Shown here: one piece after another, positions 1 through 9,985 of the stretch
Layout of the letters: the number at the start of each line of letters is the position of its first letter
How positions within the stretch are numbered: position 1 is the first letter of the stretch
Assembly (NCBI GenBank): GCA_016180435.1
Contig: JACPBG010000001.1
Span: 136,358-200,357, forward strand
Direction of reading: 5' to 3'
Source: Candidatus Sungiibacteriota bacterium
GTDB lineage: Bacteria; Patescibacteriota; Minisyncoccia; Sungbacterales; HO2-52-23
DNA: 64,000 nt
Program-made: the position numbers and the translations under genes
Notes under the pieces: model-generated
What the model was told of the DNA's origin: nothing
The model's input: the letters and a program-made list of their open reading frames with translations, nothing else
Databases searched by the model: none

Positions 1-2394
1 TAAAATATTCCAACACGTTAAGGCCTTCTTTATAAGAAGAGAGTACGGGTAATTCAATAATTTTTCCGGCGGGGTTTACCACAAGTCCTTTCATGCCTGC
101 CATCTGGCGAATCTGGGTCCAGGTGCCGCGCGCCCGCGATTCAACCATGGTTGAAACCGAACTTTCCGGATCAAGCGATGTCGGCACAAGCTTCGTGATG
201 TCTTCCACAACTTTCTGCCATATTTCCACGATTTTTTCATAGCGCTCGCGATCGGTAAGAAGCCCTCTTTGGTATTGTTCAATAATCTGCGAAACGCGCG
301 CTTCCGCATCTTTGATTATTTCTGGCTTGGCATCCGGTATTTTTAAATCATCAATCCCCCATGAAATTCCGGAGCGCGTGGCATATTCAAACCCGAAACG
401 CTTTATGCGATCCAGGATCGGCGGAGTATTCACGATGCCGTAGCGCTTGATGATATGCGCCACTACTTCGGCAAGATCGCGCGATTTCAGCTGCTCATTC
501 ACATATGGAAAATCGTCCGGCAATTCACGGTTAAAAAGCAAACGCCCGACCGATGTCTCAATCAATGTCAGGCCCGTGGGCAATGCGGCATGCGCCTCTT
601 CGGATTTTCGCCCCTCTATTTTGGATGACGGAACCCGAACTTTTATCAATGCCTGAAAATCAACAGCTCCAAACTCGTAAGCAAGCAGGGCATCATCTGC
701 TGATGAGAAAATTTTTCCTTCGCCTTTGAGTCCCTTGCGAACATTGGTCGCAAAATAACAGCCGAGCACCATATCCTTATCCGGATTTACAATCGGATCT
801 CCGGTTGCCGGTTTTAAAAGGTTGTTGGCCGAAAGCATGATATGGCGCGCCTCGGCTTGCGCTTCATCCGTAAGCGGCAGGTGCACAGCCATCTGGTCTC
901 CGTCAAAATCCGCGTTAAACGCCGGACACACCATAGGATGTATTTGAATGGCATCTCCCTCGATTAGAACCGGCTGAAAGGCCTGAATTCCCAAGCGATG
1001 CAGGGTAGGCGCGCGATTCAAAAGAACATATCTTCCCGCAATGACTTCTTCCAATACCGCCCACACGCGCGGATCCTGATCCTCGATCAAGCGGCCGGCG
1101 CCGCGGATATTATGCGCAAATCCCCGCTCAATGAGCTTTCGTATGACAAACGGCTTAAAAAGTTCCAGCGCCATTTTTTTCGGAATTCCGCATTCATTCA
1201 AATTCAAATCCGGCCCGACCACAATGACTGACCGGCCGGAATAATCCACGCGCTTACCCAAAAGATTTTGGCGGAAACGGCCTTGTTTGCCTTTCAAAAT
1301 GTCGGCCAGAGATTTTAAGGGTCGGCGCTGAACTTGGGATGCCACCGGGGCCACTCCGCGGCGGATGGAGTTATCAATCAAAGCATCCACTGCCTCCTGC
1401 AGCATTCTTTTTTCGTTGCGCGTAATAACATCCGGCGCATTCAACTCATGCAGGCGTTTCAGCCGGTTATTGCGGTTTATGACGCGCCGGTATAAATCGT
1501 TTAAATCAGATGTGGCATACCGCCCGCCGTCAAGCTGAACCATGGGACGCAGATCCGGAGGAATAATCGGAATCATGGTCAAAAACATCCATTCCGGACG
1601 TATGCCGGACCGGATTGCGCCCTTAATAATCTGCAGACGCTTCAAGGTTTTTCGCTGCAAAACCGGCGACTGATTTTCAAAATCCGCCTCAAGTTTCTTT
1701 TGCAGATCGGAAAGATTTATACCCTCCAATATCCTCCGGATCGCTTCGGCTCCGATGGACGCTTCAAATGCTTCGCCGAATTTTCTGGACAGGCGGTGAT
1801 ATTCTATTTCCGAAACAACTTGATGCATATGCAGCCCGCGAAGTTCCTCCCGCGCCTTATCGCGGATTTCTTTCAAACTTGCCAGATCTTCGCCGGCAAC
1901 GCCCTTGGATTTTAATTTGAATTCGCGCTCAATTTCCTCAAGCGATGTTTGACGCGCCTCCTCATTTATTTTGGTAATGATGTAACCCGCAAAATAAATT
2001 ACTTTTTCAAGATTCGCGACCGATATATCAAGAATCAAACCGATCTTGGAAGGCACGCCGCGCAAAAACCATATATGCGAAACCGGGGCGGCAAGTTTGA
2101 TATGCCCCATGCGCTCGCGGCGCACAATTGCGCGCGTAACTTCCACTCCGCATTTATCGCATACCACGCCCTTATAACGAATCCTGCGGTATTTACCGCA
2201 ATAACACTCCCAGTCCTTGGTGGGGCCGAAAATCCGTTCATCAAAAAGCCCGTCGCGTTCCGGACGCCCGGTACGATAATTTATGGTTTCGGGTTTAGTC
2301 ACCTCGCCGTATGACCAGCGGGTAATGGCGTCCGGAGAAGCCAGACGCAGGGCAATTCCCGAAAAATCTCCTAAAAATGATTGGATTTCTGGCA
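1..2394 (-). CDS. rpoC: DNA-directed RNA polymerase subunit beta' (N-terminal ~798 aa; ORF runs off the window 5' edge, so it is absent from the ORF track)
   Basis: Manual minus-strand translation from ATG at 2394-2392 gives [58 protein letters not shown]...[15 protein letters not shown], the canonical RpoC N-terminus and catalytic DFDGD motif. The frame stays open to position 1. Confidence 0.9.
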
Positions 2395-2415
2395 TCTATA
2401 CAAACGGTGGTTCTC

Positions 2416-2542
2416 AACAAATATGTTTAAAAATCTTCGTGAAATCCCGCCGTGATTTCACTCATCACGGGTCGGCCTCGCTCGTTCGCTTGCGCTCACA
2501 CCATGGCCGCTCGGCCTCCCAGTGTTTTTAAACATATTTGTC
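2416..2542. repeat. Structured repeat family H, copy 1, in the rpoB-rpoC spacer 22 nt upstream of the rpoC start
   Basis: Core ctcatcacgggtcggcctcgct...ggccgctcggcctcccagtg is shared with 52556-52680. It is bounded by the inverted repeat caaatatgtttaaaaa / tttttaaacatatttg. Confidence 0.6.
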
Positions 2543-2950
2543 TCGACCACCTTATTTTGATTTGCCTTATTATTTTAAATCACTATTTTAATAGTTATTT
2601 CGTGAATCTTTAGGTAGAAAATAAAAAATTATTAATAAACCACTTCACTATTGTAGCAACATTCGTCCGCCTTCGCTAAAGCTTCGGCAAGACATCGGCC
2701 TATCTTTATCTAAATAATCTCAACATTGTAACAGGCCTCGCAATAAACTATCTCCATCCTTTCCGGCGCGATTACAAAATCTTTTTTACAATTTTGGCAG
2801 TTTCGCGTTTCCATGTATTTTATCAATGGCCGCCATCGGCGGCTACATTATGCAAATCTCACTTTTTTCTTTTAAGGCGCTGAATGCTGTTTTGCGCGGT
2901 AACCGATATTTTTTGCAAAACTTTTAAGTGAGTCGGGGGAGGGACAATTT

Positions 2951-3085
2951 CGGATACAGTAATTTCAGACAATGGGAGGCAAAATTTGCTTGGTTCGTCC
3001 CGCTAAAGGCGGGACGAAAATTTTGCCGACCCTTAGCGAGGTTTTCGCAGGAAAAACCGAGACGTGTCTGAAATTACTGTATCCG
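2951..3085. repeat. Structured repeat family A, copy 1 (candidate ncRNA / REP-like element), 10 nt past the rpoB stop
   Basis: Outer 21-bp closing stem cggatacagtaatttcagaca / tgtctgaaattactgtatccg. Conserved unpaired cores AATGGGAGG and CGACCCTTAGCGA, two internal hairpins. Same architecture at 38201-38328 and 63457-63593, with compensatory stem changes. Confidence 0.65.
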
Positions 3086-3094
3086 AAAAATGTA

Positions 3095-6000
3095 TCACCG
3101 GGATACCACTTTCGCACGAGCGGCATACTGCCGACCCGGTTTTCGCTCCTCACCGGATTTCGGCGCCGGCACCTCTTTCTTTATCACGCTTACATCCAGC
3201 GCCAATCCTTTCAGCTCATTCACTAAAACATTGAACGACGCCGGAATATTCGGATTTTTAATTTTTTCGCCATTTATAATCGCCTCATACGTTGCCGAGC
3301 GCCCCAAAACATCATCCGACTTTATGGTCAATAATTCCTGCAGAGTATGGGCGGCTCCGTATCCTTCCAATGCCCAGACTTCCATTTCACCGAATCTCTG
3401 GCCTCCAAACTGCGCTTTTCCTCCCAAGGGCTGTTGAGTAATCAGGGAATATGGCCCGATGGATCGCATGTGAATTTTATCTTCCACCAAATGTATCAGC
3501 TTCATAATATATATATTGCCCACCGTGATTTTCCGGCCAAAACGCTCGCCGGTTCTTCCGTCATAAAGCGGAACTTTTCCGTCCTCGGGAAGCCCGGCTT
3601 TTTTAAGCTCGGCTTTTATCTCTTCTTCCGATGCGCCGGCCAGAGCCGGGGTCACGGCCCGATATCCCAATCTTTGAGCGGCCCAGCCAAGATGGGTCTC
3701 CAGAATTTGTCCGAGATTCATACGAGACGCGACTCCCAATGGATTTAAAATAACATCCACCGGAGTTCCATCTTCCAAATGCGGCATATCTTCCACCGGC
3801 AGAATTTTTGAAATAACACCCTTGTTGCCGTGCCGTCCGGCCAATTTATCGCCCACCGCAACTTTACGGAGCTGGGCAACTTCAACCTGCACGCGCTTGA
3901 TCACGCCGGCTTCCAGCTTGTCGCCGCGCTCGCGCGCAAATACTTTAATCCCGACTATCCGGCCCCGCTTGCCGTGCGGCAGACGCAATGACGTATCTTT
4001 GACATCGCGCGCTTTTTCCCCGAAAATCGCGCGCAATAATTTTTCTTCGGGTGTTAAATCGGATTCGCCTTTGGGCGAAATTTTTCCTACCAAAATATCG
4101 CCGGATCTTACCTCGGCCCCTATTCTTACAATCCCGTCCTCATCCAAATTTTTCAATTTTTCCTCTCCGACATTCGGAATATCATGAGTCGTGATTTCCG
4201 GACCAAGTTTAGTGTCGCGCACATCCACCGAAAAATCTTCAATATGCATCGAGGTAAACCGGTCATTTTCCAGCAGACGTTCCGAAAGAATTATGGCATC
4301 CTCATAATTCGCTCCGACCCAGGAAATAAACGCCACAAGCACATTCTGTCCAAGCGCCAATTCGCCGTCGCTAATAGAGGAACTATCGGCCAAAATATCG
4401 CCCTTCTTTACTTTATCTCCGCGATGCGCGACCGGGCGCTGTCTAATAACAGTAAAGGCATTGGTTCGCAAAAACGAAACCAGAGGATACACTTTCATTT
4501 TTCCGTTTTTATCTTTCACCCGAATTTCACGCGCGTCGGATGATTCCACAACTCCCGCATCTTCGGCGAGAATCACTCTCCCGGAATGGCGCGCCGCATC
4601 AACTTCAACTCCGGTCCCGACATATGGAGCATCGGCGCGGACACACGGCACCGATTGGCGCTGCATGTTTGAGCCCATCAACGCGCGGTTGGCATCATCA
4701 TGCTCAAGAAAAGGGATCAGGCTGGTTGCGATGCTAATTGCCTGCTGTGGAGATACATCCATATAATGAACGTCTTTTTTCTCGATAACTCCCGGGTTTC
4801 CATGTATGCGCGCCTCAATACGCCCAAGTGTGATATTTCCATCGTGATCAATATCAATGCCTGCGTGCGCGATATTAACTTTTGTCTCGAATGCCGCATC
4901 CAGATATTCAATCTCCCCGGTAATTTTGCCGTCCGTGACTTTCATATACGGAGTTAGTATAAGTCCGAGATCGCTTAAGCGCGCGTAACCGGACATATGC
5001 CCCACCAGTCCGATGTTTGGCCCTTCCGGCGTTTGAATCGGACAGATTCTTCCGTAGTGCGAAGGGTGCACATCGCGCACCTCGAATCCGGCGCGTTCTC
5101 TTTGCAGTCCCCCGGGTCCCATGGCCGAAAGACGGCGCTTGTGCTCAAGCTCGGACAACGGATTGATTTGATCCATAAATTGCGAAAGCTGGGATGAAGT
5201 GAAAAATTCCTTGACAGACGCCATAAAAGGACGCGCATTTACCAACTGAGCCGGAGTCAGTGTAACCGGATCAAATGTTGACATGCGATCCTTGACAATT
5301 CTTGCCATGCGCGCAACCCCGACCCGTAATTTATTCTGCAAAAGTTCGCCGACGCAACGCACCCGGCGATTTCCAAGATGATCAATGTCGTCTACCGCCG
5401 CGTCCGGCGCATTATTCAACCGGATTATTTCACGAAGAATCGCAGTAATTTCCTCGGCTCCAAGCACACGATCCTTGGGATCTTTTACGTTTTTTTTCAA
5501 ATCAAGGCGCTGATTCAATTTAAAACGCCCCACTTCTGCCAAGTCATATCGATCCTGTCCGAACATAGCGCGAATAAGAGAGCGCGCATTATCCACGGCC
5601 GCAAGATCCCCGGGACGTATGCGCCGGTATATTTCAATAAATGCGTCATCCGCATTTTTGGAAGAATCGCGCTCCAGGGTTTTTCGCATGTAAGATATCT
5701 CTCCGGTATCAAAATCCTTGAAAAGATTGAGTATGGCGTCATTATCAGCCACGCCAAAAATGCGAAGCAGGACCGAAGCCGGCACTTTTCGCTTGCGGTC
5801 GATTTTCACCTGAATTGCGCCGTCCGAATCTGTTTCAAATTCAAGCCAGGCCCCGCGATTCGGAATTACTTTAGCGCCGAATAGTTTTCTGCCTCGATTC
5901 AAATAAGCCGTGAAATAAACGCCGGAGGAACGTATAAGCTGGGAAACCACAACTCGCTCTACCCCGTTTACTATAAAGGTTCCGCGCGGAGTCATTAACG

Positions 6001-6334
6001 GAAAATCTCCAAGGTATACTTCTTGTTCTTTGGCCTCTTTATTTTGAGAGTTAGTCAAACGCACGCGCACGCGAAGAGGAGCTTCATACGAAAGATTATT
6101 TTCCCGGGCTTGCGCTTCCGTATATTTTGGTTCGTCCAAATAATAATCCGCGAACTCAAATGCCAAACCCTGCTCGCCAAACTCCTCTTTAATGGGGGAC
6201 GACTCCCTGAAAAGTTCTTTAAGTCCGATTTTAAAAAACCAGGCATAGGAATTAACCTGTATTTCGGCAAGATTGGGTAAAGAAATTCGTGAAGCGTGAT
6301 AGCGGGAAAAAATTTTTTTGTTTGACAAAAACAT
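3095..6334 (-). CDS. rpoB: DNA-directed RNA polymerase subunit beta
   Basis: 1079-aa ORF with RpoB signature blocks (GPGGL..[61 protein letters not shown]). It lies directly upstream of rpoC. Confidence 0.97.
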   Translation of the reverse strand: [1079 protein letters not shown]

Positions 6335-6567
6335 AAAATTATTTTTTAAAATATAAAATTAAAACAAAAAAACCCGAACCCAAATATCCCTTCCCTTGGG
6401 GTTTAAATTAACACTTGCGAATATTCAATCTTCTCGCAAATTGTTTCCCGCCGTGTGGCGGATTTTAAAAATTTGATATATATGCAATTCTTTCGCTATT
6501 CTATCGCTTCAATCATCTTACACTGTTAAGTTTACGCCTATTCGCCAATCATGTCAATATACCAGTT

Positions 6568-6981
6568 ATGCACAGTAACAGTAACGGTAATGGTATACAA
6601 ACCTCGAACTTGCATAATTCACCGGATGAAGATAATATTAAACTCATGGGATTTATACTCAAGTTAGCGGCAAGGGTGCTGATAAATTCAGCGGCGCTGT
6701 ATATTGCGGATGAACTATTGGCGGGATTCACGCGCACCAGCGGATGGTATGCACTTCTTATGGGAGCAGTAATCCTGGCCTTGCTAAATACGTTTTTTAA
6801 GCCGGTCCTCCGTTTCTTGACCTTCCCCTTACGCTGGATCACACTGGGATTATTTAACATTGTGATTGCGATGATAATCCTCTGGACATTTGATTTTATT
6901 TCCGTACAATTCACTATAAATGGCCTAACCACGCTTTTTCTAGCGGCTTTAATTATAATGATCGCTAATTCGTTTTTATGA
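6568..6981 (+). CDS. 4-TM membrane protein, phage-holin-4 / DUF360-like (start may be the internal Met near 6646)
   Basis: ORF track; hydrophobic helices with an LLNTFFKPVLRFLTFPLRWITLGLFNIVIAMIILW-type segment. Confidence 0.45.
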   Translation: MHSNSNGNGIQTSNLHNSPDEDNIKLMGFILKLAARVLINSAALYIADELLAGFTRTSGWYALLMGAVILALLNTFFKPVLRFLTFPLRWITLGLFNIVIAMIILWTFDFISVQFTINGLTTLFLAALIIMIANSFL

Positions 6982-7196
6982 AAACAACTCTCATTATCAT
7001 CCAACTCATAGTTTCCACACTGCTTGCCGGCGCTATTCTTCTGCAACAGCGCGGAGGCGGATTATCTCCGGTACTCGGAGGAGAAGGATCGGTATACCGA
7101 ACGCGGCGCGGCATGGAAAAAACACTTTTTGTCGGAACAATAATTTTGGCTGTATTATTTTTTATAACCGGATTACTAAACCTTATACTTCAATAA
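6978..7196 (+). CDS. secG: Preprotein translocase subunit SecG
   Basis: 72 aa, two TM helices flanking the Gly-rich LLQQRGGGLSPVLGG...RRGMEKTL motif typical of SecG. Confidence 0.75.
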   Translation: MKTTLIIIQLIVSTLLAGAILLQQRGGGLSPVLGGEGSVYRTRRGMEKTLFVGTIILAVLFFITGLLNLILQ

Positions 7197-7209
7197 CGAA
7201 AACCAAACG

Positions 7210-8946
7210 GTGGATTTCATACGACTTATCCGCAACTGGAGATTACTTAATTTCAAAAAGCTCCTCTACTTTCCGCACATTTTACATACTTCAGAGAAGC
7301 GTTTTTTTGCAGCGCTTCTCATAGTCGCACTTCTAAGCGGCGGAGCTCTTTTGGTGCGCGGATACCGGATCATCACAATCCCTGCTCCTGGCGTAGGAGG
7401 AACATTTATCGAAGGCGTATTATGGGAGCCGCGCCTGATAAATCCGCTTTACGCGTCGCAAGACACTGACCGCGATATCGCACGCCTTGTATATTCCGGA
7501 CTGCTCTCCTACTCCGGCAACGGAGAAATCATAAACGATCTTGCGGAAAAATATGACATAAGCAGTGACGGAAAAACCTATACCATAATACTCCGCGAAA
7601 ACGCCGAGTGGCATGATGGCAAAAAGGTAACTGCAGATGACATCATCTTCACCGTACACACCCTGCAAAATCCCCAGTATAAAAGCGTCTACCGCGCCAA
7701 CTGGCTTGGCGTAAATGCGGAGAAAATGGATGAGCGTACAGTCAAATTCACTTTGCGCACCGCGTATGCTCCGTTCATAGAAAATCTTACACTTGGCATA
7801 CTGCCCGAGCACATTTGGGGCGCCGTAGGGCCTGAACAAGCACTCATACATGGGGCGAATCTGAAACCAATCGGTTCCGGACCCTATAAATTCAAAGAGT
7901 TCGCCCAGGATAAAGATGGAAACATTGCCTCATACACGCTTGAAAGAAACACAGATTACTTCCTTGAGGGTCCATATCTGAAAACCATACAATTCGTATT
8001 TTTCAAAACAAGCTCCGAGATTCTCGCCGCCTGGAAACGTAAAGCGATTGATGGCTTCACAATCACGGATGAAAAAACGCTGGTAGAAATTAAAGGACGT
8101 AATGAAAACGCGTTGAGAGCCATCGCCATGCCGCGAATAGTAGGTTTATTTTTCAACGAAAAGCACTCGCCTGCGCTCGCCGATAAAAAAATTAGAACAG
8201 CTGTTGCTAAGGCGCTAGACAAAGATAAACTGTCTAAAATTCCGGCAGGCGGAGGTGTGGTGGCCAACTACCCGATTCCTTTTGGGCTGCGGGATAATGT
8301 TGGCACATCCAGCGCATCGGCATATGACCCGGACCTGGCTGCTAAACTTCTGGATGAATCGGGGTGGAAAGACAGAAATAATGACGGAGTACGCAAGAAA
8401 ACGGAACGGGCCAAAGGAAAAGAAACCGAAAAACTCCTGCAATTTACTCTTGCCACATCGGATTGGCCGGAGCTTATACTTGTCGCTGAAAAAATAAAAG
8501 AACAGCTTGGCGCCATCGGTATAGGTGTATCAATTGAAATAAAATCATTTATGGACCTTGAGGCAACTGTTATCCGCCAACGGAACTTCGACATGCTTCT
8601 TTTCGGACAAATATACGGATATGAACCGGATCCGTTCGCATTCTGGCATTCATCCCAAATAAAAGATCCGGGGCTCAATGTTGCACTCTATGCGAATAAA
8701 AAAGCGGATCTACTGCTTGAAGAAACGCGCCGGACATCTGACAAGGAGCTTCGCTCCAAAAAATTTGATGAGTTCTCCAAAATACTTTCCGCGGATATTC
8801 CGGCAATATTTCTCTATACCCAGAATTTTCTATACGTTCTGCCGTCGGATATACAAGGGGCCGAGATTAAACGTGTAGGCGTACCGGCAGACAGATTCAA
8901 TGAGATAAATAAATGGTACAAAGAGACCAAGCGAATTTTTAAATAG
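7210..8946 (+). CDS. ABC transporter substrate-binding protein, family 5 (peptide/nickel type), N-terminal membrane anchor
   Basis: 578 aa with an N-terminal TM and the overall size and composition of DppA/OppA-like solute-binding proteins; no partner permease in the window. Confidence 0.55.
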   Translation: MDFIRLIRNWRLLNFKKLLYFPHILHTSEKRFFAALLIVALLSGGALLVRGYRIITIPAPGVGGTFIEGVLWEPRLINPLYASQDTDRDIARLVYSGLLSYSGNGEIINDLAEKYDISSDGKTYTIILRENAEWHDGKKVTADDIIFTVHTLQNPQYKSVYRANWLGVNAEKMDERTVKFTLRTAYAPFIENLTLGILPEHIWGAVGPEQALIHGANLKPIGSGPYKFKEFAQDKDGNIASYTLERNTDYFLEGPYLKTIQFVFFKTSSEILAAWKRKAIDGFTITDEKTLVEIKGRNENALRAIAMPRIVGLFFNEKHSPALADKKIRTAVAKALDKDKLSKIPAGGGVVANYPIPFGLRDNVGTSSASAYDPDLAAKLLDESGWKDRNNDGVRKKTERAKGKETEKLLQFTLATSDWPELILVAEKIKEQLGAIGIGVSIEIKSFMDLEATVIRQRNFDMLLFGQIYGYEPDPFAFWHSSQIKDPGLNVALYANKKADLLLEETRRTSDKELRSKKFDEFSKILSADIPAIFLYTQNFLYVLPSDIQGAEIKRVGVPADRFNEINKWYKETKRIFK

Positions 8947-8950
8947 TTCT

Positions 8951-9661
8951 ATGAGATTTCCACAATATGAACAATATATAGGCAAATCAAAGGATGAACG
9001 GAGGGAAAAAGTATCCGCCTCGCCCGCGCTTGAACGCAAACGTTTTCTCCTTTCCCGTCATCCGGAATTAAAAGAACGCTTGAAAAAAATACATGAAATA
9101 ATGAAAGAAGAAAAAGCGAAATACCCGGAACTTGTCGCGCTTACACTATTCGGATCACTGACCAAGGGGTATGCGATACCTGAATCCGATATTGACGGTT
9201 ATATTCTAATTGATGAGGATAAAATTCTGCCAAAGAAACCGGAGGAAATTGACTCCCCTAGTGTGTTCTCACACATTCATGATCGGATTAAAGAAGAGTT
9301 AAAACTAAACGCCGAACAAAAGAAAAATCTAACCGCATATATATTCAGCGGAAAACGATTACCGAAGTTACTGACTTATACCCATGATACGACTATTGAC
9401 ATAATGAAGGCCGACCAGCTAATGAGATTTTTCCATCTTTCCATAGGAACCGGAATAAATGACTACCGAAAAATTATCCTCGATACGCTTGAGTCAATGG
9501 GAAAGGACGGAGAAAAAATCTGGAAAAATATATTCAGCCATCTATTCCATTTCGAAAATGGTGGACTTGACACGAAACTATACGCAAAACGCCTCGCGTT
9601 GTATCCGAAAACAATCCAGGAAGCAAAAAAATACTTTCTCCATGAAAACAGTGATCTTTAA
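8951..9661 (+). CDS. Nucleotidyltransferase-domain protein (minimal NTase fold plus helical C-terminal domain)
   Basis: LFGSLTKGYAIPESDIDGYILID matches the GS-x9-13-DxD NTase motif. Confidence 0.5.
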   Translation: MRFPQYEQYIGKSKDERREKVSASPALERKRFLLSRHPELKERLKKIHEIMKEEKAKYPELVALTLFGSLTKGYAIPESDIDGYILIDEDKILPKKPEEIDSPSVFSHIHDRIKEELKLNAEQKKNLTAYIFSGKRLPKLLTYTHDTTIDIMKADQLMRFFHLSIGTGINDYRKIILDTLESMGKDGEKIWKNIFSHLFHFENGGLDTKLYAKRLALYPKTIQEAKKYFLHENSDL

Positions 9662-9665
9662 CAAT

Positions 9666-9700
9666 TTGCAATTTTTTTCTAACTATGCTATACTGCGCAT
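9666..9700 (+). promoter_or_regulatory. Near-consensus sigma70-type promoter (TTGCAA-17 bp-TATACT) pointing towards tRNA-Leu
   Basis: TTGCAAtttttttctaactatgcTATACT read directly; about 285-nt leader before the tRNA. Confidence 0.5.
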
Positions 9701-9985
9701 AACGTAATCTTCCGGAGAGTGGCGCAAAGATCACCTTTCTCCAGAGGACTACTCGTCTTTACACCTCGCACCCGCGAGATTTTCTACGAATAATAATCTA
9801 TTCACATTCGGCGATTCTCCGCTGATATGACGCTGATTACAACGCCGATAAAACGCTGATTTTAATTATTGTATTTACGGGCGAGTGGGTCGCATGCGAG
9901 GTTACACAGCATGCAACGGGCGCAAAAGCGCCCCGGGCCGACACGAGCAACCATTTTTTGATCGAGGCCGTGCCGAGAAAATAAA

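Noticed and set aside
447-2314. Plus-strand ORFs 447-656, 998-1231, 1700-1915, 1949-2314 and minus-strand ORF 2035-2244
   Set aside because: All lie inside or antisense to the open rpoC reading frame established by manual translation. They are compositional artefacts in GC-rich coding sequence.
3090-6280. Numerous plus- and minus-strand ORFs (for example 3090-3437, 3347-3748, 3822-4187, 5378-5884, 6023-6280) overlapping rpoB
   Set aside because: Antisense or off-frame to a confidently identified 1079-aa rpoB; no independent support.
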